NCBI GenBank assembly: GCA_049314655.1
Contig: JBMOEQ010000001.1
Coordinates: 1 to 56,090 of the forward strand
DNA from: Ferruginibacter sp.
GTDB lineage: Bacteria; Bacteroidota; Bacteroidia; Chitinophagales; Chitinophagaceae
DNA length: 56,090 nt
Direction: 5' to 3'
The position numbers and the translations under genes are program-made. The first letter of the stretch is position 1; each line of letters opens with the position of its first letter. Below are positions 47,756 through 56,090 of this stretch, piece by piece. The notes under the pieces are model-generated. The model saw only the letters and a list, made by a program, of their open reading frames with translations. It was not told the origin of the DNA and ran no database searches.

Positions 47756-50017
47756 TTATTGAACTAAGAAGGATTGGCGATATACTTTTTGGTTTGCAGT
47801 ATGCAATTCTAACCAATATTTACCTGTAGGCAGCTCCAATGTAGGACGATAAGTAGTAGTTCCATTTACAGCATTTATTGCAATATTGCCGGTGGAAACC
47901 CTTTGTCCATTAGCCGCTATAATTACCAATTGTGCACTTACATCGGCAATACCTTGCCATTGAATATTCAATTGATTTCCTGTAATTGGATTGGGATAAA
48001 TTTGAATACTGGCTTGTTGCTTTCCAATAAATTTCGCTTGTGCAACAGAACTGTATCCGGTTCTTCCATCTGCATCAACCGATTGAATTCTGTAAAAATA
48101 AGTACCTGCAGTTAAGACTTGATCTTGATGATTGTAAACTAAATGTGCAGTTCTGTTGCCTTGTGCAGCTACTTGAGCAATTGGAAGAAAATTTCTTCCA
48201 TCATTACTGCGCTCAATAACATAATGTGCAACATTGAGCTCTTGCGCTACTTCCCATTGTACATCAATATTTTTTTGAACAGGTGTTGCGGTAATGCGTA
48301 TAAAATTAACCGGCAAAATATAAACTGGTTTAAATACTAATCGAAACCTATCTGCTACTGCCGATGCTGCATTGCCCGTTATTGAAAAATTAACCAATGT
48401 TGGCGTTTGAAGCGATACAGGTGTTTGTGTATTCAAAAATTTATCTTCAAGAATTCCTTGAAACGATCCAACAGGAATATTATTTGGAACAAATTCAAAT
48501 TGATACTGACGTGCAGATGTTCGCGAAAGTCGATAAAATAATGTATCGGTTACTTGTAATGGTGGTCTACGTTCGGCCGTTAAAAGCGATCCTCTTCTAA
48601 ACAATCCAATTGTTTCATTTTGATTGGTTAATTTAATGGCATCATCTAAATTAACACTATCCGTAAATAAAGCATTGAACTCCGCCAAATTACCATCTGC
48701 CAAAGTTTTTGTGTCATTAGATTCTAATAAATACAAATTGGTGTAAATAGCAGGTGTTAAACTCAATGCTTGTCCATTATCAACAGTAGTTTCGGGCGAT
48801 TGATAGGTGTTTGACGGACGAAATACGAAGTTGTTGTTGTTACTCGATTTATAGGTTTCTTGAAATTGAATGGAAGCCGATCCATTACTTTGGGTTTCTA
48901 CAAAAAACGCTTGTGTAGATTGAACATGTTCTGTTTGCTGGCTACTCAATAAAGATTTTGTCCATATGCCATCATTGTCTAAATCATCCAACATCACATA
49001 TGCGCCTAACTGATTTACCTGTGGATCCCAAACATAAATTCTTTTAATAAGATTTGTACGCGTAACCAAATTCATATTTACCGGAGAAGGATAGGGATTA
49101 CCTACCAATGTAAATTGACCAATTCTATTTGCCGCAGTAAAACTTTGATTTCCAGTTTGTAACACTCCGGTAGTAGTTAATGTTGTAATATTTGTATTGG
49201 GTACAAATGTATTGGCAGGGTTTCTATCGCCACGCACAAAAATAAAATACCCAGCATTATCGCCCGATCCAGCACTTCCTGGAGATATAGGTAAATGCGT
49301 ATTGGAAATATTTGAAAAACTTTGTGTAGCATGATTCCAACGACGTAAAGAAATATTGTTCATGGAACTAGTATCTAAACCATTTCCTGCTGCACCTGTT
49401 GGGCTAGACCCTGTAACAAGCGTACCTATACCCGGTGTATAAACGCCATTATTTTGCCAAGATTGAAAAATAGTTTTTGTTGAAGTTTGTGGTGCAGTCA
49501 TCAATCGCCAAGCTCGTTTTGCCGGTACATATCTTTCTACTCGAGCAATACCGGTAATTTGTGCAGTACCTGTTAATGGTGCAACTCGTGCGGTTAAATT
49601 GGCATCCGATTTTAATACCAAATTACTATCACTTACCAATCTGCCATTTGTTATAGAAAGTACTGATCGTACATTCATGGTAGAACGTAATAATATAGAA
49701 CTGTTGCCCGATTTATTGACTTCAAAATTATAAAAAGTAGATACCCCATTTACAAAAGTGCGAGATGAATCTAAATGACCAGAAATTGAAACGGTACTGT
49801 TTCCAGCAACAAAATTACCTTGATTAATAAAACTGCCATTACGTACTACCATCGTAGGTGCTCCCTTCATAACCAATGATGTACCCGGACGAATTAAAAT
49901 GCCCTGTGCAGATGAATACAAGGTAAATGAAGTTATCATTACCAGTATAAAAAAATACCGTTTATAAAACAGACTATAGGTCGAACAATTAAATGCTGAA
50001 CGTTTGTCGAAACACAT
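47756..50017 (-). CDS. T9SS type-A C-terminal sorting domain protein
   Basis: VERYVP..RAWRLMTAP, LVGNPYPS, ILPVNF (LPV.L/F domain), and CTD IQIYPNP..G.Y.L. Confidence 0.9.
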   Translation of the reverse strand: MCFDKRSAFNCSTYSLFYKRYFFILVMITSFTLYSSAQGILIRPGTSLVMKGAPTMVVRNGSFINQGNFVAGNSTVSISGHLDSSRTFVNGVSTFYNFEVNKSGNSSILLRSTMNVRSVLSITNGRLVSDSNLVLKSDANLTARVAPLTGTAQITGIARVERYVPAKRAWRLMTAPQTSTKTIFQSWQNNGVYTPGIGTLVTGSSPTGAAGNGLDTSSMNNISLRRWNHATQSFSNISNTHLPISPGSAGSGDNAGYFIFVRGDRNPANTFVPNTNITTLTTTGVLQTGNQSFTAANRIGQFTLVGNPYPSPVNMNLVTRTNLIKRIYVWDPQVNQLGAYVMLDDLDNDGIWTKSLLSSQQTEHVQSTQAFFVETQSNGSASIQFQETYKSSNNNNFVFRPSNTYQSPETTVDNGQALSLTPAIYTNLYLLESNDTKTLADGNLAEFNALFTDSVNLDDAIKLTNQNETIGLFRRGSLLTAERRPPLQVTDTLFYRLSRTSARQYQFEFVPNNIPVGSFQGILEDKFLNTQTPVSLQTPTLVNFSITGNAASAVADRFRLVFKPVYILPVNFIRITATPVQKNIDVQWEVAQELNVAHYVIERSNDGRNFLPIAQVAAQGNRTAHLVYNHQDQVLTAGTYFYRIQSVDADGRTGYSSVAQAKFIGKQQASIQIYPNPITGNQLNIQWQGIADVSAQLVIIAANGQRVSTGNIAINAVNGTTTYRPTLELPTGKYWLELHTANQKVYRQSFLVQ

Positions 50018-50600
50018 GATAAATGGATATTGGATAAAACAATCGAGTTATTCTTGTAGAAAAACAACTACACCGTTTTCGAATTAAACGACAATTGAAT
50101 AAGCATATTGTGTAAAAGATGAAAAAAATCAACTGAATATCATGACGTTAAGATCATTTCAAAATTTGTTTAAAAAAATATATTTAAAGTAAATAAAAGT
50201 TTAAACTCATATGTTACCCTGTTGGTAGAATTAATTCTATCTGAAATTTACCGAGTGCAGTTATACCAGTTTCTCATTTCTAATTAAAAGCTAATCGTAT
50301 CCTATCAAACAACTCCTTTAGAAGTGCCCAATTAAATACTCTATAGAATTCTTTGAATTAGAATTTGAATAATCATGATTGTTTTATTGTGTATAAGTAA
50401 TTAATTCTGATATCTGCAACCCTTCAAATAATTACGAAATACATCAAAAAGCAGCGTACCTAATATATCTTACAATAGCAACAAAATATCTTAAATTTGA
50501 CCATATGCATAGATACAGGCAACATTTATACCCTTTTTGGAATCCTTACTAATTGCAGTTAAATAAATTGGCCTTTTTATCATAAACTCAATTCAACAAT

Positions 50601-52712
50601 ATGAACAAATACATGCCCATATTATTTTTCATATTGTTTTGTGCTAATAGTAAGGCGCAAATAAATTGGCAACGAACCCCATCGCCCAATGAAAACGTAA
50701 GTTGCTTAACAACTGATAGCACTATTATCTATGCCGGAACTTATACCTATGGTGTTTTTAAATCTATTAATGATGGAACTAGTTGGAGTAATATCAGTTT
50801 AGGGCTTGCAGATTCTAACATCAATAAAATTCAATCCTCTACCGATAATAAAATTTTTGTTGGTACCGGTACGCATGGCGTTTATCAGTATAATGGTGTG
50901 AATTGGATTGCCATCAACAATGGTTTACCGGCCAACAATTTAGTAGTAACTGCATTTGCAAAAAGCGCAGGAGGTGTTATGTTTATGATGGCCACTACAG
51001 GAAAAATTTACAAATGGGATGGTAACAGTTGGACAGACATCAGTTTTAATTTTCCTTCTTTAGGCAGAGACATTTGCATAAGTTCAACAGGAAGCTTATA
51101 TGCTTCGGCATTTGCATCTGGGATTTATAAATTTGATGGCGTTAATAATTGGACAATTGTAGGAGGAACAATGCCCAATAATTTCGTTACACGATTTACG
51201 ATTAGCAATAACGATACTATTGTTGTGGCCTGTAATAGTAATAATGTTTTTAAATGTGCAACTTCGGGTGGTACGTGGGTGAGTATTAACAATGGATTAC
51301 CAGCAGTAAATGTAAATGCCATATTATCCGACAATCAAAATAATTTAATAATTGCAACTGCTGCGTCTAATGGCGCTATTTATCGTTCTATTAATGGAGG
51401 AATAAACTGGACGCTCATTTCATCTGCATTATTTACAACCAGTTTCAATTGCTTAACAAATGGCATCTCCGGTAAACTTTTCGCAGGTGCATCCGGTGTT
51501 TTTAAAACTCAAGATATAGGCAACACATGGGTAGATCTAAATCCGGGGATGGTTGCCCCAAAATCTGTGAGCAGTTTTTTATGTACACAAAATGGAACAT
51601 ACTTTTGCAGCACTATTTATGGCCCATGGCGATCTACCGACAATGGAAATACTTGGCAATTGAAAAATACCAATATTGCACATTTTTATGTTTTGCAAAT
51701 CATTGAAAATGCTGCCGGAGATATTCTATTACATGCCCGTAACACTGTACCCAAAGGAGCCATTTATCGGTCTACAAACAATGGCGAAAGTTGGACGCAA
51801 GTTGCTGCCAATGGTTGCGATAGGTATACAAAATTAAAACAACACAAAGCCGATACCATTTGGGCAGCTTCTCAATTTAGTGGCGCTACTACCCTATCTT
51901 ATTCCATTAACAATGGTGCCAATTGGGTAAATAATCCGCTAACCATTTCCGCTATCTGGGATATAGATTTTAGTAAAGACCATACCATTTTTATAGGCAG
52001 TGAAAGCGAAGGTGTTTCTCGGTCTTCCAATGGCGGACAAACCTTTACATTAGGTGTTGGCAATACCATTCCCTGGTACGGCAATGTTATTGAAATAGAA
52101 ACCGATGCTAATGGTGTAATTTTTGCTGGCAGCGATTGGTGGACGAATACGCTATGGTTTTCGAGTGCAACAGAAAATGGTGATGTATGGACAAAATTTA
52201 CTGACCCCGATTTAATTGTTTCAGGATCGCAAGACTTGATTTTCGATTTACACAACAATGCCTATTTAGCCTGCGAAAACAATGGCATCAGAATGGCTTA
52301 CAATACCATATGGAATGCCAATACCAATTGGATAACCAGTAATAATGGATTGCCTTCGCCAACCAGCTATGTGAATGAATTAAATTTTGATACGAGCGGC
52401 TATATGTATGCCGTATGCTACGTAGGAAATGGCCATAACGGTGGATTATATAAAAGTACAACCGTAATAAACCCGCCCCTTTCATCTACCTATACATTTA
52501 CAGGCAATGGTAATTGGAGCGATGCTTCAAATTGGAAGAACAACTCTATGCCACCTCCTAATTTATCGGGCAATGCCATCATCATCATTAATCCTATTTC
52601 TACCGGCGAATGCATTGTTGATGTTTCCCAACAAATTTTAAATGGAGCTATATTAAAAGTTGTTTCCGGAAAGAAAATTCGAGTTAATAGCAGCTTAACA
52701 ATAACCCAATAA
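50601..52712 (+). CDS. Secreted BNR/Asp-box double beta-propeller protein with a distinct ~75-aa C-terminal domain
   Basis: SINDGTSW, SINGGINW, STDNGNTW, STNNGESW, SSNGGQTF and W...NNGLP repeats; C-terminal TYTFTGNGNWSDASNW. Confidence 0.85.
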   Translation: MNKYMPILFFILFCANSKAQINWQRTPSPNENVSCLTTDSTIIYAGTYTYGVFKSINDGTSWSNISLGLADSNINKIQSSTDNKIFVGTGTHGVYQYNGVNWIAINNGLPANNLVVTAFAKSAGGVMFMMATTGKIYKWDGNSWTDISFNFPSLGRDICISSTGSLYASAFASGIYKFDGVNNWTIVGGTMPNNFVTRFTISNNDTIVVACNSNNVFKCATSGGTWVSINNGLPAVNVNAILSDNQNNLIIATAASNGAIYRSINGGINWTLISSALFTTSFNCLTNGISGKLFAGASGVFKTQDIGNTWVDLNPGMVAPKSVSSFLCTQNGTYFCSTIYGPWRSTDNGNTWQLKNTNIAHFYVLQIIENAAGDILLHARNTVPKGAIYRSTNNGESWTQVAANGCDRYTKLKQHKADTIWAASQFSGATTLSYSINNGANWVNNPLTISAIWDIDFSKDHTIFIGSESEGVSRSSNGGQTFTLGVGNTIPWYGNVIEIETDANGVIFAGSDWWTNTLWFSSATENGDVWTKFTDPDLIVSGSQDLIFDLHNNAYLACENNGIRMAYNTIWNANTNWITSNNGLPSPTSYVNELNFDTSGYMYAVCYVGNGHNGGLYKSTTVINPPLSSTYTFTGNGNWSDASNWKNNSMPPPNLSGNAIIIINPISTGECIVDVSQQILNGAILKVVSGKKIRVNSSLTITQ

Positions 52713-52734
52713 AATACAACAATCTAAATTATTC

Positions 52735-53211
52735 ATGATTCAAAATGCTAATGAAATAAAACCTTTAGTTCAACAACAATTGTTTCAAATTGATGACGAT
52801 TTAATTAAAACTACAATAGAGCAAATTTTGATTGAGCCAAACAAACATTTTAGAATTTGGGAAAATAGCACTACTGCAGAAGAAATTGAATGTTGGACAA
52901 TTGCCATTGACAAAGAAAATAATTCATCTATTGTATATGCTGAATTGGGATTTGGGCCAAATCATCCATGGGGATTGGTATCTAATTCATCCCAATTTGT
53001 AGGCATAGATTCTGGGTGGCTCAAGAATTTAAAAGATTGTTTTCTAGATTCTTTTAAAGCCGCTGAGTTACCCATTTGGATTATTGAAAAAAGAGTTAAT
53101 GCTGAGCAACACGAACAAATTGCTGAAAACATTACAATGCAACAAGCGTTTGAAATAATTAACAAGCTAACCACTGATAATAAAATTTATCATGTGTTGG
53201 TAAGAAAATAA
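52735..53211 (+). CDS. Hypothetical protein
   Basis: 158-aa ORF with CWTIA..IVY...GFGP.HPWGLV..G.DSGW motif; no family assigned. Confidence 0.7.
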   Translation: MIQNANEIKPLVQQQLFQIDDDLIKTTIEQILIEPNKHFRIWENSTTAEEIECWTIAIDKENNSSIVYAELGFGPNHPWGLVSNSSQFVGIDSGWLKNLKDCFLDSFKAAELPIWIIEKRVNAEQHEQIAENITMQQAFEIINKLTTDNKIYHVLVRK

Positions 53212-53411
53212 ACCAAGTTTGCTTATGTTAAAAAACAGCAATTTATTCCCTTATCACACAAATTATTATTGGCAATTAACTTACTGTGGAAACAACAGCT
53301 ATATTTCTAAAAGTCTGCAATGAAATTTCAACAATATCAATAGGTTAAAAGCAAGCTAAAAATAAACCTAGCCTTATACGATTTCAGTAATATGTGCATG
53401 TTGAAAAAGAA

Positions 53412-55058
53412 TTAATCAATTTCTGTTTCAGTTGTTTTTTTCACGATTTCGCGGATAATTGTATCCAATTGTTCTGCTGAATCACTAATATAATTTACAA
53501 GTGTTTCATCTTTTAATACATCCCTATTTTTGTCTTTCATTAAACTAATCAATCCCATCAAATTGGCTAATGGAGCCCTTACCACATGCGATTGTGTCCA
53601 AGAAATATCTTTCAATGCCTTATTTTGAACTTCAATTTTATGCAAGCGATCCAAGGTTTCTGTTAAATCTATCATAGCACCTAAAGCACGTATTGCTTTG
53701 CCATTTGCATCTCTAATGAAAACACCTTTGTGTTGTACATAGGCTATGGCTTTATTGGCTTTATAAAATCTAAACTCAGCCGTGAAATATTGTTTACTAG
53801 GATCATTTAAAGCTTGAAACAAAGCCTCAAGAACCCTAGGCCGATCATCGGGGTGTATATTTTTTGTCCATAATTTATAATCACTTTCCTTTAAATCATA
53901 TCCAAATATTGTTGAAAATCCTTCACCCCATAAAACCTTGTTATTTGCAATATCCCAATCTATAATGGCCTCAACAGTGGCTTTAGCTAATAACTCAAAC
54001 CGTTCATTGCTTTCGGATAATGCTTGTTCATGTAGTTTACTCTTTGTAATATCTAATGTAATGCCTTGCAGCTTGATAGCCTTACCCAGATTATCTTTCA
54101 TTAAATATTGTCGCTCAAAAATCCATTTTACATTTCCGGAAGGCGTAATAATTCTTTTCTCTAATTCAATGATTGATGTATGTTCAAATATTGTATTGAG
54201 ATCGGTATAAAAACTTTCTTGATCTTCGGGATGAAATGCAGCAACAATATTTTCAAATTTCAAATCAAAAGATTTTGAATCAACTTCAAATATTTTATAC
54301 ATTTCATCCGACCATTGAATGGAAGATTGAATTAAATCATTTGTCCAATATCCTAAACTGGCAATTTCACTCGCCAATTGAAGTCGCGAATTGGTTTCTT
54401 TTAATTGATTTTGAATTTCTATTTCTGCAGATACATCAACTGCTGATGCCAATCTTACTTTTCTACCTTCAAATATTAAAAAGGATGTTTTCACTTTTAC
54501 ATGAATCATTTGTCCATCTTTCTTCTTATGCCGAATGATTCTTGGTATAGAGAATGTATCCGATTCTACAGCAATTTCAAACACTTCATTCAATTTAGCT
54601 TCATCTTCTAAAAGTTTAATGTCCATTAAAGTGAGTTGCGCATACTCTTCTGCTGTATATCCATAAATATTACAAGCAGCTTCATTTATGAGTATAAACT
54701 GAAGTGTTTCAATATCTATAATCCACATAGGCAATGGACTATGGTTGAATAAATGCATATACTCCTCTCTTGAATGATTGAGCTTAATATCAGAAATATG
54801 TTGCACATCGATAATTTGCTGATAATAATTAGAAGTGGTATCTATATAATGTTTCACTAAAAAATACAACATCAATGCCGTAATTAAAATAAAACCCAAA
54901 CCTTTAAATGTTTGAATTTTGGTGAGCAATTCAATGTCGGAAGTGAAAATTTTTAAAAAATAATCTGAAGCATAAATATATACTGCACTAAATGCTGAAT
55001 AAAAAAGCACAATTTTAAAGGAGAAAAATTTACTCCTCGAATGAGTTGAACTATCCAT
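53412..55058 (-). CDS. Membrane-anchored triple-PAS protein ending in a HisKA helix pair, without an ATPase domain
   Basis: Two TM helices, three PAS/PAC domains (FNHSPLPMW, FHPED, IHPDD), SHVVRAPLAN H-box, stop about 55 aa later. Confidence 0.88.
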   Translation of the reverse strand: MDSSTHSRSKFFSFKIVLFYSAFSAVYIYASDYFLKIFTSDIELLTKIQTFKGLGFILITALMLYFLVKHYIDTTSNYYQQIIDVQHISDIKLNHSREEYMHLFNHSPLPMWIIDIETLQFILINEAACNIYGYTAEEYAQLTLMDIKLLEDEAKLNEVFEIAVESDTFSIPRIIRHKKKDGQMIHVKVKTSFLIFEGRKVRLASAVDVSAEIEIQNQLKETNSRLQLASEIASLGYWTNDLIQSSIQWSDEMYKIFEVDSKSFDLKFENIVAAFHPEDQESFYTDLNTIFEHTSIIELEKRIITPSGNVKWIFERQYLMKDNLGKAIKLQGITLDITKSKLHEQALSESNERFELLAKATVEAIIDWDIANNKVLWGEGFSTIFGYDLKESDYKLWTKNIHPDDRPRVLEALFQALNDPSKQYFTAEFRFYKANKAIAYVQHKGVFIRDANGKAIRALGAMIDLTETLDRLHKIEVQNKALKDISWTQSHVVRAPLANLMGLISLMKDKNRDVLKDETLVNYISDSAEQLDTIIREIVKKTTETEID

Positions 55059-55337
55059 CTCAAGTTAGGATTAAGGCACTAAACGAAACAATCCTCAAAG
55101 TTAAAATAATATGTATACTTATAGCGTGGATATGACAGCAATCATAATTATTGGCAATAAACCGGTTGACTGAATCATGTAAAAGAACGGAAAAATGACA
55201 TTCATTATTTTATAATTGTTTGCAAATCAATACGCATTAAAAAACAATCTACAGAATCGAAATAAGATGAAATAAATTTAAATTGTAATCAGGTTTAAAA
55301 TCCTCAATTTAGTACATTCATTCATTGATCTAATACT

Positions 55338-55906
55338 ATGTCCAAGCAAACATCAAAAAAATTAACTGCACATGAAGTCAATTCAATTTGTGCAATTTTA
55401 AAAACACGTTTCAAAAAAAAATGAAACGTCATAAAGATTTAGATTGGAGTAAGATTGAAAATAAACTCCTAAAGCATGCAGATAAATTATGGTCGCTCCA
55501 CATGATGGAAGCTACCGGCGGCGAACCCGATATTGTAGATTACGATAAAAAAACCGACACCTACACTTTCATGGATTGCGTCGACGAAAGTCCTAAAGGA
55601 AGAAGATCGGTATGCTACGACAAAGCTGCACTAGATGCCCGTAAAGAGTTTAAACCCGAACACAGTGCAATAGAAATGGCCCATGAAATGGGGATAGAAT
55701 TGTTATCGGAAGAACAATACAAATATTTACAAAAATTTGGAAACTTTGATGCAAAAACTTCAAGTTGGATAAAAACACCGGATAACATTAGGAAATTAGG
55801 CGGTGCGCTATTTGCCGATTACAGGTATGAAAACGTTTTTGTGTATCATAATGGCGCAAGTTCTTATTATGCTGCTAGAGGATTTAGAGGATGGCTTAAG
55901 ATCTAA
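55338..55906 (+). CDS. DUF4256 family protein, N-terminus frameshifted at an A9 run
   Basis: ATG 55338 gives MSKQ..LKTRFKKK*. The second frame continues MKRHKDLDW..MEATGGEPD..ESPKGRRSVCYD..YHNGA.SYYAARGFRG. Confidence 0.85.
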
Positions 55907-55985
55907 ATCCTTCTTTAGGCTTAACCTTTCAAATATTCAGCATTTAATATTAGTATGGTATTCTAAAGTATTTAAGTAATTAATT

Positions 55986-56090
55986 ATGGATGCACTTATT
56001 TCAATTCGCCCCTTCATAGCTTCAAAAGATTACACTTTGTCAAAATCATTTTATAAAGATGTAGGCTTTGAAGAAATTGTATTGAACCCT
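55986..56090 (+). CDS. Glyoxalase-like protein, N-terminal fragment (runs off the window)
   Basis: MDALISIRPFIASKDYTLSKSFYKDVGFEE; frame open to the window end. Confidence 0.7.
   Translation, partial: MDALISIRPFIASKDYTLSKSFYKDVGFEEIVLNP

Noticed and set aside
1431-54538. Numerous 60-120-aa ORFs nested in or antisense to larger genes
   Set aside because: They overlap well-supported CDSs and show no family motifs.
1-56090. tRNA, rRNA or known riboswitch
   Set aside because: No cloverleaf/T-loop signature or GC-rich structured RNA segment recognised by eye; a covariance-model scan would be needed to exclude them formally.

Overview
AT-rich Bacteroidota DNA, probably Chitinophagaceae-like (inferred from a hybrid two-component system, a T9SS C-terminal-domain protein and TAnnTTTG promoter elements). 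It holds about 48 CDSs; I saw no rRNA, tRNA or CRISPR array. From 3.8 to 25.2 kb all credible genes lie on the + strand and are functionally unrelated (AKR, TerC, VOC, EFR1 ferredoxin, GH2, MDR, pyruvate kinase, FISUMP and others). Their intergenic spacers repeatedly carry one degenerate element. Its ~40-bp core (TTTCTTAACnyTnAATwTCAAAATTAwTTTCCTAmATTTA) occurs 8 times in the same orientation (9455, 10296, 12771, 15182, 15891, 19081, 20296, 22591), within ~150-220-bp units that have eroded inverted ends (AAC...GTT). Three unannotated gene relics sit in the same spacers. The best reading is an eroding, integron-like gene-cassette array whose spacers carry their own promoter-like motif; this is inference and the recombinase is not proven. 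A solitary tyrosine recombinase with intact catalytic residues lies at 42670-43615 (-), with a homopolymer frameshift in its N-terminus. Also present are a subclass B1 metallo-beta-lactamase, an HTCS with a tandem operator-like repeat, and a T9SS protein co-oriented with a 1105-aa fibre-like protein containing three 113-aa repeats. Three poly-A frameshifts may be assembly errors.
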